Of a stretch of 64,000 bases of DNA, positions 12,244 to 27,200 are shown piece after piece. The stretch is from Haplodiscus bocki (lineage: Eukaryota). Location: assembly GCA_965655095.1 (NCBI GenBank), contig OZ296652.1, forward strand, positions 61,442,001 through 61,506,000, written 5' to 3'. The notes beneath the pieces are model-generated. The model saw only the letters and a program-made list of their open reading frames with translations, did no database searches and had not been told where the DNA came from. The first letter of the stretch is position 1. Every line of letters begins with the position of its first letter. A program made the position numbers and the translations under genes.

Positions 12244-15200
12244 CTTTTTATTTATGATTTTAATTTAAAAAATTTCATTACTTCCATAAAAAATAAGGTT
12301 CTGCTCTAGTTTCTTTCGACCGTTTTTCTTAAGAATAAGCAGATATATATTTTTGATTTTTCATTTCCAGTAGACAATTCCGTAATCTCATCTCCCATTA
12401 TATTATACATTTTTTGAAAGCTGGTAACATTGCTACTAATTTTTCACCCCCTTTAGCTCATATTATGAATGATTAGGATTCATAATTTTTCGAATCAGCA
12501 TTAACAACTTGTACGTTTACTACGTTATTTATTCTAATAAATATCTACCATCTAATACCTTCCTGGTGGTTTCTCAAAACTGAAAAAAAAAGAGAATTCT
12601 TAGTTTTCAAAAAAGTTTTAGTTTATTTCTGAAAGCCTTTCTGTGCTAAGATAACCCTGGAAGTTCCGAAAAACAGTTTAACATAATCATATCATAGGTT
12701 CTCTTGAACTGCATCTTGATGTAAAATAGAATTTTTTTCTTTATCTGTTTATTCGAATATTTTTTCCATCATGTTTTCTCCATTATTTTAAAGTATTTTT
12801 AATCTATTAGGTGATCTCTGTTTCGTCGTTCAAATGTTCTTCCCAAATGGAATTACTTTTCATTTTCATCAAAGAGAACAAGTTCTCCCCAGTTAATAGG
12901 ATTTTCTTCACGGAAATGTATTTTAGTTTGTTATTTTCTTATAATGAAAAACTGAAATGTAAACTTCGAAACTTCCTAATTCGAAAATCCATTTTCCGTC
13001 TTCTTCTCCTTTCAGAGGAGTATCAAAAGAGAATGTCACTGTTGGCTTATTCATTTCAAATTCTAATGTCTCTTGCGGTGTTTTTTTGTTTGTTCTGTGA
13101 GAGTATCAGTTTTTTTGTTATTTAAAATCAAGATCTCATCTTTTTTTTTAGGTGTGTATGTATTTAATATGATAATTGTTAATATTTATAAAGAAGAACT
13201 TGATTTATTTTTTAATAGTTGCAAAGTGGAAGTTAAGGTTTAACGTTAAAATCAACCAACTACAAAAACAAGTTTTTCTCTTCTGTAGGAAAACTCATAA
13301 ACCGATTGTAAAAAAAACTATCTACGTCGCGCAAAGTGAATACTTACCGACATGTCAGTACTTAAATTTTCCTTAGTTGTAAAGTCAGACTTTCCACCTT
13401 TAAAGTCATGTTCGTTTTTTTTATCATCCTCCAAATGAAAAGTTATCTTCCCATTATTAGATTTAGATAAATTTTTAAAGTGTTTAATTGTAGGTTTGTC
13501 AATTCCTTTAGAACCAGGTGGTTTATCTAATGCAAAGTTTTAACATAGGTTGTCTACAATCATTAACAATGCTTCCAGCAATACAGTAAAAAAATAGTCT
13601 CTTTTCAATTGTAGGATCACTCTAATGACCAGGAGTAAAAACTGAAAATATTTTGTTCTTCAGTTGTTTTGAAAACTGATTTATATACTTCCAAATTAGT
13701 TAAACCCAACAGTCACTTATCCTTCTCTCGTTTTGAGGCAGTTTCGAGGAAGAAACTTTCCTCCGGTTTGTTCAGTTCAAATTCTAATTTGTTTTTGGAA
13801 GTTTGTCTTTGTTCGTTCAGTAGAAACATCTGTCTTCTCTTTAATTGAATGTAATAAATCGTCTGCCAATATTGTTTATAAAACGTTAGATTGTATGAAG
13901 GGGTTTATACATAACGGAAAGTGAATGCTTATCGATGAGTTTGTAGTCCGATATTTGATGATGGAAATGTAGATGTCGTTGTCCACCATTAAACTTGACA
14001 AAAATACAAACCTTTGTTTCTATATTTTGGGGGCTCATATAAAATTTGTTTGTATTTGAGTTTATACTTGAGTTTCTGCATCTGAGGTTTAAACTGAATT
14101 TCATACTTAGCTTTTCAGTATTTGTAAAGTAGAGGTCATAGTTTCACCGTTAAGTCAACTCTCTGTTTCTCATCATCTGCAAAATAAAATTTTATCCTGT
14201 TCAGAAGAGTCTTTTTTTAATGTATAGTTATTCGATTTTTAATTTTTTTTTGTAATCATGTCGTTTATATAAAGCAAAACTATATAAAATAGGATGTCTA
14301 CTTCCATTGACACCACTTCCATCAATACAATTACATTTCAAAAGAGTTATAGCAATGCCACTTTTTTAAACGAGTTTCTTACTCCTATGATTTCCTTTTA
14401 AATGTTCATTCTTTATTAATCCCAATTTTGGAATGGTGTAAGATTTTTGGCCAAGCTTCAATACTTCACTTTCTCTACAATGCACAATTGAAACTACATT
14501 CAATCTAATTTCATCAATTGTTATTATAGGTGCTGTTAGGATATTATTAATTTCTGTTATCTCATAAACTCCAGTTGATAATATAAATACCTCAAAAGCT
14601 GGGTTGATATTTTTTTTAATCTATTACATAAACAATTTCATCAATTGTTAACTTCATTCTAAAAACAGTAACGTCAATATCTTGATAATTTTTTCCCTAA
14701 TGCTCTAATTAGTTTTTTCTAATGACAATCAAGATCTGCCTAATAATTTGTATGCCCAGCTATTCTTCTCTGTTTATCATGCCTAATTTTATATTCTTTT
14801 CTGTCAATTGTTGTTTTTATTTTGTGAATAATTTCAGGTTTTTGCCAAAAACTTTTCCTCTCACTTTTAAGTTTCTTGTTTTCTTCTCTTTTTGTTTAGA
14901 ACTGAAATTATATACTTTCACACTAGTCCAATCTAGCATCCATTTTCCTTCTCCGTGATTCCACGAATCACCTTGGCTCGAAAAGCTGCCTTTTAATTTT
15001 AAAGGAATATAAAGTGAGAAACGCTCCATTTGTTTATTCAGTTTAACTTCTAAATTTTTTTGTGGTTTGGATTTTATCCAATAAGAACATCAAGATTTTC
15101 AATTTTAGAAGCGAGAACTCTTAATGCATTTATATTCAATAACTTTGATTCCTTTACCTGATATATTCTTTAATATTTTCTTTTTGAGAGAATTGGTTTT

Positions 15201-18200
15201 CTTGCCGTTGTGGAAGCTACCACTTTCAGTTTTGTCACTTTTTCAGTTGTTATGTATTTAGACTGTTAGCTAATTTTGTCATTCTTTGTGTCATTCTCTA
15301 TTTTGATAAAAATGTAATACCGCTTTTCTGGAATCTGTCTTTATATTTTTTGTTGATTAATAATTATATAAATAATAAGCAGCACAGTAATTGTCGCTGC
15401 GAATCGAAGATTCGCGTCCTTGGCGCCGTTAAATTTTATTATGAAATGTTTTGCTGTTCTTTTGATAATACATTCAGTTAATATGGTTGGCAGAAGGCAA
15501 TCATACGAATCAAAGTAGTTTTCTTTTTCCAATGTCACCCATTACGACCTTTACTAGGATAAAGAATAACAGTACCAATATTAGTTTCCAAATTACTGCC
15601 TCTCATGAATATATTACAAATAATCCTAATTTTTTTAGTACTTCTTTTGTTTTCATATTTGATGTAGCTATATTTTTTGAATTATGAAGGGCATTACAAT
15701 CTAAAAGTTAATATCTTTTTTTTCATCTTCTATTTATCTTCATTTTATATTAATAGATAAAAGTTCGTTTGGTGCTTCATCTGTCTGCATTGCCATAAAG
15801 ATCAAATAAACTTTCATTAAAGTTTTTGGTTTGTAGCTTTGATGGAATCAACATGTAAGTTTTTAATCGGAAATCAAAGTTTTCTAAAGTTTCCTCAACA
15901 TATTTTTAAGTTCATTATGTTTTTGTTTGGAAAATTCTCTTGCGTTTAGTTGTTCATATTTTTTTCCTTTGACTTTTTTATTCAGTTTCTATTGCCTCAA
16001 GTTTCATTGCCATCTGATAATAACCAGAATCCTGTAGTTTATCTTTTGCAGAGACCTTGTTTTAAAATTCACTTGTCCACAATTAATCAAAAGTGACATA
16101 ACTCATCTTTTTGTTATTTATGATTTTGATTTAAAAAATTTCATTACTTCCATAAGAAATAAGGTTCTGCTCTAGTTTGTTTCGACCGTTTTTCTTATTA
16201 ATCAGCAGATATATATTTTTGATTTTTTATTTCCAGTAGACAATTCCGTAATCTCATCTCCCATTATATTATACATTTTTTGAAAGCTGGTAACATTGCT
16301 ACTAATTTTTCACCCCCTTTAGCTCATATTATGAATGATTAGGATTCATAATTTTTCGAATCAGCATTAACAACTTGTAAGTTTACTACGTTATTTATTC
16401 TAATAAATATCTACCATCTAATACCTTCCTGGTGGTTTCTCAAAACTGAAAAAAAAAGAGAATTCTTAATTTTCAAAAAAGTTTTAGTTTTTTCTGAAAG
16501 CCTTTCTATGCTAAGATAACCCTGGAAGTCCCGAAAAAAAGTTTTAACATAATCATATCATAGGTTCTCTTGAACTGCATCTTGATGTAAAATAGAATTT
16601 TTTTCTTTATCTGTTTATTCGAATATTTGTTCCATCATGTTTTCTCCATTATTTTAAAGTATTTTTAGTCTATTAGGTGATCTCTGTTTCGTCGTTCAAA
16701 TGTTCTTCCCAAATGGAATTACTTTTCATTTTCATCAAAGAGAACAAGTTCTCCCAAGTTAATAGGATTTTCTTCACGGAAATGTATTTCTTGTTTGTTA
16801 TTTTCTTATAATGAAAAACTGAAATGTAAACTTCGAAACTTCCTAATTCGAAAATCCATTTTCCGTCTTCTTCTCCTTTCAGAGGAGTATCAAAAGAGAA
16901 TGTCACTGTTGGCTTATTCATTTCAAATTCTAATGTCTCTTGCGGTGTTTTTTTGTTTGTTCTGTGAGAGTATCAGTTTTTTTGATATTTAAAATCAAGA
17001 TCTCATCTTTTTTTTTTAGGTGTGTATGTATTTAATATGATAATTGTTAATATTTATAAAGAGGAACTTGATTTATTTTTTATTAGTTGCAAAGTGGAAG
17101 TTGAGGTTTAACGTTAAAATCAACCAACTACAAAAACAAGTTTTTCTCTTCTATAGGAAAACTCTTTCATAAACAGATTGTTAAAAAACTATATACGTAG
17201 CGCAAAGTGATTACTTACCGACATGTCAGTACTTAAATTTTTATTAGTTGTGATGTCAAAGTTTTATTTTCACCTTTAAAGTCTTGTTCGTTTTTTTTTA
17301 TCATCCTCCAAATGAAAAGTTATCTTCCCATTATTAGATTTAGATAAATTTTTAAAGTGTTTAATTGTAGGTTTGTCAATTCCTTTAGAACCAGGTGGTT
17401 TATCTAATGCAAAGTTTTAACATAGGTTGTCTACAAACTTTAACAATGCTTCCAGCAATACAGTAAAAAAATAGTCTCTTTTCAATTGTAGGATCACTCT
17501 AATAACCAGGAGTAAAAACTGAAAATATTGTGTTCTTCAGTTGTATTGAAAACAGATTTATATACTTCAAAATTAGTTAAACCTAACAGTCACTTATCCT
17601 TTTCTCGTTTTAAGGGAGTTTCGAGGAAGAAACTTTTCTTCTGTTTATTCATTTCAAATTCTAATTTGTTCTGGAAGTTTGTCTCTGTTCGTTCAGTAGA
17701 AACATCTGTCCTCTTCAATTGAATGTAATTAATCGTCTGCCAATATTGTTTATAAAACGATAGATTGTATGAAGGGGTTTATACATAACAGAAAGTGAAT
17801 GCTTATCGATGAGTTTGTAGTCCGATAGTTGATGATGGAAATGTAGAAGTCATTTTCTACCATTAAACTTGACAAAAATACAAACCTTTGTTTCTATAGT
17901 TTGGGGGCTCATATAAAATTTGTTTGTATTTGAGTTTATACTTGAGTTTCTGCATCTGAGGTTTAAACTGAATTTCATACTTAGCTTTTCAGTATTTGTA
18001 AAGTAGAGGTCATAGTTTCACCGTCAAAGTCAACTCTCTGTTTCTCATCATCTGCAAAATAAAATTTTATCCTGTTCAGAAGAGTCTTTTTTTAATGTAT
18101 TAATGTATAGTTATTCGATTTTTAATTTTTTTTTGTAATCATGTCGTTTATATAAAGCAAAACTATATAAAATAGGATGTCTACTTCCATTGACACTACT

Positions 18201-21200
18201 TCCATCAATACAATTACATTTCAAAAGAGTTATAGCAATTCCACTTTTTTAAATGAGTTTCTTACTCCTATGATTTCCTTTTAAATATTCATTCTTTGTT
18301 AATCCCAATTTTGGAATGGTGTAAGATTTTTCGTCAAGCTTCAATACTTCACCTTCTCTACAATGCACAATTAAAACTACATTCAATCTAATTTCATCAA
18401 TTGTTATTATAGGTGCTGTTAGGATATTATTAATTTCTGTTATCTCATAAACTCCAGTTGATAATATAAGTACCTTAAAAGCTGGGTTGATTTATTTTTT
18501 AATCTATTACATAAACAATTTCATCCATTGTTAACTTCATTCTAATAACAGTAACGTCAATATCTTGATAATTTTTTTTCCCCAATGCTCTAATTAGTTT
18601 TTTCTAATGACAATCAAGATCTGCCTAATAATTTGTATGCCCAGCTATTCTTCTCTGTTTATCATGCCTACTTTTATATTCTTTTCTGTCAATTGTTGTT
18701 TTTATTTTGTGAATAATTTCAGGTTTTTGCCAAAAACTTTTCCTCTCATCTTTAAGTTTTTTGTTTTCTTCTCTTTTTGTTTAGAACTGAAATTATATAC
18801 TTTTACACTAGTCCAATCTAGCTTCCATTTTCCTTCTCCGTGATTCCACGAATCACCTTGGCTCGAAAAGCTGCCTTTTAATTTTAAAGGAATATAAAGT
18901 GAGAAACGCTCCATTTGTTTATTCAGTCTAACTCCTAATTTTTTTTGTGGTTTGGATTTCATCCAATAAGAACATCAAGATTTTAAATTTTAATAGCGAG
19001 AACCCTTGATGCATTATCATACAATAACTTTGATTCCTTTACCTGATATATTCTTTATTAATTTCTTCTTTTTGAGAGAACTGGTTTTTTTGCCGTTGTG
19101 GAAGCTACCAAGTTCAGTTTTGTCACTTTTTTTTAATTCTTATGTATTTAGACTGTTAGCTAATTTTGTTATTCTTTGTGTCATTCTCTATTATGACAAA
19201 AATGTAATACCGCTTTTCTGGAATGTGTCTTTATATTTTTTATTGATTAATAATTTTATAAATAATAAGCAGCACAGTAATTGTTGCTGCGAATCCAAGA
19301 TTCGCGTCCTTGGCGCCGTTGAATTTTATTATGAAATGTTTTACTGTTCTTTTGATAATACATTCAGTTAATATGGTTGGCAGAAGGCAATCATACGAAT
19401 CAAAGTATTTTTCTTTTTCGTATGTCACCCATTACGACCTTTACTAGGATAAAGAATAACAATACCAATATTAGTTTCCAAGTTACTGTCTCTCATGAAC
19501 ATGTTACAAATAATCCTAATTTTTTTAAGTGCTTCTTTTGTTTTCATATTTGATGTGGCTAGATTTTTTGAATTTTGAAGGGCATGAAAATCTAAAAGTT
19601 AATATTTTTTTTTCATCTTCTATTTCTCTTCATTTTATATTCATAGATAAAAGTTCGTTTGGTGCTTCATCTGTCTGCATTGCCATAAAGATCAAATAAA
19701 CTTTTATCATAAAGTATTTGGTTTGTAGCTTTGATGGAATCAACATGTAAGTTTTTTAATCGGAAATCAAAGTTTTCTAAAGTTTCCTCAACATATTTTT
19801 CAGTTCATTATGTTTTTCTTTGGAAAATACTCTTGCGTTTAGTTGTTCATATTTTTTTCCTTTGACTTTTTTATTCAGTTTCTATTGCCTCAAGTTTCAT
19901 TGCCATCTGATAATAACCAGAATCCTGTAGTTTATCTTTTGCAGAGACCTTGTTTTAAAATTCACTTGTCCACAATTAATCAAAAGTGAAATAACTCATC
20001 TTTTTGTTATTTATGATTTTGATTTAAAAAATTTCATTACTTCCATAAGAAATAAGGTTCTGTTCTAGTTTGTTTCGACCGTTTTTCTTATTAATCAGCA
20101 GATATATATTTTTGATTTTTTATTTCCAGTAGACAATTCCGTAATCTCATCTCCCATTATATTATACATTTTTTGAAAGCTGGTAACATTGCTACTAATT
20201 TTTCACCCCCTTTAGCTCATATTATGAATGATTAGGATTCATAATTTTTCGAATCAGCATTAACAACTTGTACGTTTACTACGTTATTTATTCTAATAAA
20301 TATCTACCATCTAATACCTTCCTGGTGGTTTCTCAAAACTGAAAAAAAAGAGAATTCTTAATTTTCAAAAAAGTTTTAGTTTTTTCTGAAAGCCTTTCTA
20401 TGCTAAGATAACCCTGGAAGTCCCGAAAAAAAGTTTTAACATAATCATATCATAGGTTCTCTTGAACTGCATCTTGATGTAAAATAGAATTTTTTTCTTT
20501 ATCTGTTTATTCGAATATTTTTTCCATCATGTTTTCTCCATTATTTTAAAGTATTTTTAGTCTATTAGGTGATCTCTGTTTCGTCGTTCAAATGTTCTTC
20601 CCAAATGGAATTACTTTTCATTTTCATCAAAGAGAACAAGTTCTCCCCAGTTAATAGGATTTTCTTCACGGAAATGTATTTCTTGTTTGTTATTTTCTTA
20701 TAATGAAAAACTGAAATGTAAACTTCGAAACTTCCTAATTCGAAAATCCATTTTCCGTCTTCTTCTCCTTTCAGAGGAGTATCAAAAGAGAATGTCACTG
20801 TTGGCTTATTCATTTCAAATTCTAATGTCTCTTGCGGTGTTTTTTTGTTTGTTCTGTGAGAGTATCAGTTTTTTTGATATTTAAAATCAAGATCTCATCT
20901 TTTTTTTTTTAGGTGTGTATGTATTTAATATGATAATTGTTAATATTTATAAAGAGGAACTTGATTTATTTTTTATTAGTTGCAAAGTGGAAGTTGAGGT
21001 TTAACGTTAAAATCAACCAACTACAAAAACAAGTTTTTCTCTTCTATAGGAAAACTCTTTCATAAACAGATTGTTAAAAAACTATATACGTAGCGCAAAG
21101 TGATTACTTACCGACATGTCAGTACTTAAATTTTTATTAGTTGTGATGTCAAAGTTTTTATTTTCACCTTTAAAGTCTTGTTCGTTTTTTTTATCATCCT

Positions 21201-24200
21201 CCAAATGAAAAGTTATCTTCCCATTATTAGATTTAGATAAATTTTTAAAGTGTTTAATTGTAGGTTTGTCAATTCCTTTAGAACCAGGTGGTTTATCTAA
21301 TGCAAAGTTTTAACATAGGTTGTCTACAATCATTAACAATGCTTCCAGCAATACAGTAAAAAAATAGTCTCTTTTCAATTGTAGGATCACTCTAATGACC
21401 AGGAGTAAAAACTGAAAATATTTTGTTCTTCAGTTGTTTTGAAAACTGATTTATATACTTCCAAATTAGTTAAACCCAACAGTCACTTATCCTTCTCTCG
21501 TTTTGAGGCAGTTTCGAGGAAGAAACTTTCCTCCGGTTTGTTCAGTTCAAATTCTAATTTGTTTTTGGAAGTTTGTCTTTGTTCGTTCAGTAGAAACATC
21601 TGTCTTCTCTTTAATTGAATGTAATAAATCGTCTGCCAATATTGTTTATAAAACGTTAGATTGTATGAAGGGGTTTATACATAACGGAAAGTGAATGCTT
21701 ATCGATGAGTTTGTAGTCCGATATTTGATGATGGAAATGTAGATGTCGTTGTCCACCATTAAACTTGACAAAAATACAAACCTTTGTTTCTATAGTTTGG
21801 GGGCTCATATAAAATTTGTTTGTATTTGAGTTTATACTTGAGTTTCTGCATCTGAGGTTTAAACTGAATTTCATACTTAGCTTTTCAGTATTTGTAAAGT
21901 AGAGGTCATAGTTTCACCGTCAAAGTCAACTCTCTGTTTCTCATCATCTGCAAAATAAAATTTTATCCTGTTCAGAAGAGTCTTTTTTTAATGTATAGTT
22001 ATTCGATTTTTAATTTTTTTTGTAATCATGTCGTTTATATAAAGCAAAACTATATAAAATAGGATGTCTACTTCCATTGACACTACTTCCATCAATACAA
22101 TTACATTTCAAAAGAGTTATAGCAATTCCACTTTTTTAAATGAGTTTCTTACTCCTATGATTTCCTTTTAAATATTCATTCTTTGTTAATCCCAATTTTG
22201 GAATGGTGTAAGATTTTTCGTCAAGCTTCAATACTTCACCTTCTCTACAATGCACAATTAAAACTACATTCAATCTAATTTCATCAATTGTTATTATAGG
22301 TGCTGTTAGGATATTATTAATTTCTGTTATCTCATAAACTCCAGTTGATAATATAAGTACCTTAAAAGCTGGGTTGATTTATTTTTTAATCTATTACATA
22401 AACAATTTCATCCATTGTTAACTTCATTCTAATAACAGTAACGTCAATATCTTGATAATTTTTTTTCCCCAATGCTCTAATTAGTTTTTTCTAATGACAA
22501 TCAAGATCTGCCTAATAATTTGTATGCCCAGCTATTCTTCTCTGTTTATCATGCCTACTTTTATATTCTTTTCTGTCAATTGTTGTTTTTATTTTGTGAA
22601 TAATTTCAGGTTTTTGCCAAAAACTTTTCCTCTCATCTTTAAGTTTTTTGTTTTCTTCTCTTTTTGTTTAGAACTGAAATTATATACTTTTACACTAGTC
22701 CAATCTAGCTTCCATTTTCCTTCTCCGTGATTCCACGAATCACCTTGGCTCGAAAAGCTGCCTTTTAATTTTAAAGGAATATAAAGTGAGAAACGCTCCA
22801 TTTGTTTATTCAGTCTAACTCCTAATTTTTTTTGTGGTTTGGATTTCATCCAATAAGAACATCAAGATTTTAAATTTTAATAGCGAGAACCCTTGATGCA
22901 TTATCATACAATAACTTTGATTCCTTTACCTGATATATTCTTTATTAATTTCTTCTTTTTGAGAGAACTGGTTTTTTTGCCGTTGTGGAAGCTACCAAGT
23001 TCAGTTTTGTCACTTTTTTTTAATTCTTATGTATTTAGACTGTTAGCTAATTTTGTTATTCTTTGTGTCATTCTCTATTGTGACAAAAATGTAATACCGC
23101 TTTTCTGGAATGTGTCTTTATATTTTTTATTGATTAATAATTTTATAAATAATAAGCAGCACAGTAATTGTTGCTGCGAATCGAAGATTCGCGTCCTTGG
23201 CGCCGTTGAATTTTATTATGAAATGTTTTACTGTTCTTTTGATAATACATTCAGTTAATATGGTTGGCAGAAGGCAATCATACGAATCAAAGTATTTTTC
23301 TTTTTCGTATGTCACCCATTACGACCTTTACTAGGATAAAGAATAACAATACCAATATTAGTTTCCAAGTTACTGTCTCTCATGAACATGTTACAAATAA
23401 TCCTAATTTTTTTAAGTGCTTCTTTTGTTTTCATATTTGATGTGGCTAGATTTTTTGAATTTTGAAGGGCATGAAAATCTAAAAGTTAATATTTTTTTTT
23501 CATCTTCTATTTCTCTTCATTTTATATTCATAGATAAAAGTTCGTTTGGTGCTTCATCTGTCTGCATTGCCATAAAGATCAAATAAACTTTTATCATAAA
23601 GTATTTGGTTTGTAGCTTTGATGGAATCAACATGTAAGTTTTTTAATCGGAAATCAAAGTTTTCTAAAGTTTCCTCAACATATTTTTCAGTTCATTATGT
23701 TTTTCTTTGGAAAATACTCTTGCGTTTAGTTGTTCATATTTTTTTCCTTTGACTTTTTTATTCAGTTTCTATTGCCTCAAGTTTCATTGCCATCTGATAA
23801 TAACCAGAATCCTGTAGTTTATCTTTTGCAGAGACCTTGTTTTAAAATTCACTTGTCCACAATTAATCAAAAGTGAAATAACTCATCTTTTTGTTATTTA
23901 TGATTTTGATTTAAAAAATTTCATTACTTCCATAAGAAATAAGGTTCTGTTCTAGTTTGTTTCGACCGTTTTTCTTATTAATCAGCAGATATATATTTTT
24001 GATTTTTTATTTCCAGTAGACAATTCCGTAATCTCATCTCCCATTATATTATACATTTTTTGAAAGCTGGTAACATTGCTACTAATTTTTCACCCCCTTT
24101 AGCTCATATTATGAATGATTAGGATTCATAATTTTTCGAATCAGCATTAACAACTTGTACGTTTACTACGTTATTTATTCTAATAAATATCTACCATCTA

Positions 24201-27200
24201 ATACCTTCCTGGTGGTTTCTCAAAACTGAAAAAAAAGAGAATTCTTAATTTTCAAAAAAGTTTTAGTTTTTTCTGAAAGCCTTTCTATGCTAAGATAACC
24301 CTGGAAGTCCCGAAAAAAAGTTTTAACATAATCATATCATAGGTTCTCTTGAACTGCATCTTGATGTAAAATAGAATTTTTTTCTTTATCTGTTTATTCG
24401 AATATTTTTTCCATCATGTTTTCTCCATTATTTTAAAGTATTTTTAGTCTATTAGGTGATCTCTGTTTCGTCGTTCAAATGTTCTTCCCAAATGGAATTA
24501 CTTTTCATTTTCATCAAAGAGAACAAGTTCTCCCCAGTTAATAGGATTTTCTTCACGGAAATGTATTTCTTGTTTGTTATTTTCTTATAATGAAAAACTG
24601 AAATGTAAACTTCGAAACTTCCTAATTCGAAAATCCATTTTCCGTCTTCTTCTCCTTTCAGAGGAGTATCAAAAGAGAATGTCACTGTTGGCTTATTCAT
24701 TTCAAATTCTAATGTCTCTTGCGGTGTTTTTTTGTTTGTTCTGTGAGAGTATCAGTTTTTTTGATATTTAAAATCAAGATCTCATCTTTTTTTTAGGTGT
24801 GTATGTATTTAATATGATAATTGTTAATATTTATAAAGAGGAACTTGATTTATTTTTTATTAGTTGCAAAGTGGAAGTTGAGGTTTAACGTTAAAATCAA
24901 CCAACTACAAAAACAAGTTTTTCTCTTCTATAGGAAAACTCTTTCATAAACAGATTGTTAAAAAACTATATACGTAGCGCAAAGTGATTACTTACCGACA
25001 TGTCAGTACTTAAATTTTTATTAGTTGTGATGTCAAAGTTTTATTTTCACCTTTAAAGTCTTGTTCGTTTTTTTTATCATCCTCCAAATGAAAAGTTATC
25101 TTCCCATTATTAGATTTAGATAAATTTTTAAAGTGTTTAATTGTAGGTTTGTCAATTCCTTTAGAACCAGGTGGTTTATCTAATGCAAAGTTTTAACATA
25201 GGTTGTCTACAAACTTTAACAATGCTTCCAGCAATACAGTAAAAAAATAGTCTCTTTTCAATTGTAGGATCACTCTAATAACCAGGAGTAAAAACTGAAA
25301 ATATTGTGTTCTTCAGTTGTATTGAAAACAGATTTATATACTTCAAAATTAGTTAAACCTAACAGTCACTTATCCTTTTCTCGTTTTAAGGGAGTTTCGA
25401 GGAAGAAACTTTTCTTCTGTTTATTCATTTCAAATTCTAATTTGTTCTGGAAGTTTGTCTCTGTTCGTTCAGTAGAAACATCTGTCCTCTTCAATTGAAT
25501 GTAATTAATCGTCTGCCAATATTGTTTATAAAACGATAGATTGTATGAAGGGGTTTATACATAACAGAAAGTGAATGCTTATCGATGAGTTTGTAGTCCG
25601 ATAGTTGATGATGGAAATGTAGAAGTCATTTTCTACCATTAAACTTGACAAAAATACAAACCTTTGTTTCTATAGTTTGGGGGCTCATATAAAATTTGTT
25701 TGTATTTGAGTTTATACTTGAGTTTCTGCATCTGAGGTTTAAACTGAATTTCATACTTAGCTTTTCAGTATTTGTAAAGTAGAGGTCATAGTTTCACCGT
25801 CAAAGTCAACTCTCTGTTTCTCATCATCTGCAAAATAAAATTTTATCCTGTTCAGAAGAGTCTTTTTTTAATGTATAGTTATTCGATTTTTAATTTTTTT
25901 TGTAATCATGTCGTTTATATAAAGCAAAACTATATAAAATAGGATGTCTACTTCCATTGACACTACTTCCATCAATACAATTACATTTCAAAAGAGTTAT
26001 AGCAATTCCACTTTTTTAAATGAGTTTCTTACTCCTATGATTTCCTTTTAAATATTCATTCTTTGTTAATCCCAATTTTGGAATGGTGTAAGATTTTTCG
26101 TCAAGCTTCAATACTTCACCTTCTCTACAATGCACAATTAAAACTACATTCAATCTAATTTCATCAATTGTTATTATAGGTGCTGTTAGGATATTATTAA
26201 TTTCTGTTATCTCATAAACTCCAGTTGATAATATAAGTACCTTAAAAGCTGGGTTGATTTATTTTTTAATCTATTACATAAACAATTTCATCCATTGTTA
26301 ACTTCATTCTAATAACAGTAACGTCAATATCTTGATAATTTTTTTTCCCCAATGCTCTAATTAGTTTTTTCTAATGACAATCAAGATCTGCCTAATAATT
26401 TGTATGCCCAGCTATTCTTCTCTGTTTATCATGCCTACTTTTATATTCTTTTCTGTCAATTGTTGTTTTTATTTTGTGAATAATTTCAGGTTTTTGCCAA
26501 AAACTTTTCCTCTCATCTTTAAGTTTTTTGTTTTCTTCTCTTTTTGTTTAGAACTGAAATTATATACTTTTACACTAGTCCAATCTAGCTTCCATTTTCC
26601 TTCTCCGTGATTCCACGAATCACCTTGGCTCGAAAAGCTGCCTTTTAATTTTAAAGGAATATAAAGTGAGAAACGCTCCATTTGTTTATTCAGTCTAACT
26701 CCTAATTTTTTTTGTGGTTTGGATTTCATCCAATAAGAACATCAAGATTTTAAATTTTAATAGCGAGAACCCTTGATGCATTATCATACAATAACTTTGA
26801 TTCCTTTACCTGATATATTCTTTATTAATTTCTTCTTTTTGAGAGAACTGGTTTTTTTGCCGTTGTGGAAGCTACCAAGTTCAGTTTTGTCACTTTTTTT
26901 TAATTCTTATGTATTTAGACTGTTAGCTAATTTTGTTATTCTTTGTGTCATTCTCTATTATGACAAAAATGTAATACCGCTTTTCTGGAATGTGTCTTTA
27001 TATTTTTTATTGATTAATAATTTTATAAATAATAAGCAGCACAGTAATTGTTGCTGCGAATCCAAGATTCGCGTCCTTGGCGCCGTTGAATTTTATTATG
27101 AAATGTTTTACTGTTCTTTTGATAATACATTCAGTTAATATGGTTGGCAGAAGGCAATCATACGAATCAAAGTATTTTTCTTTTTCGTATGTCACCCATT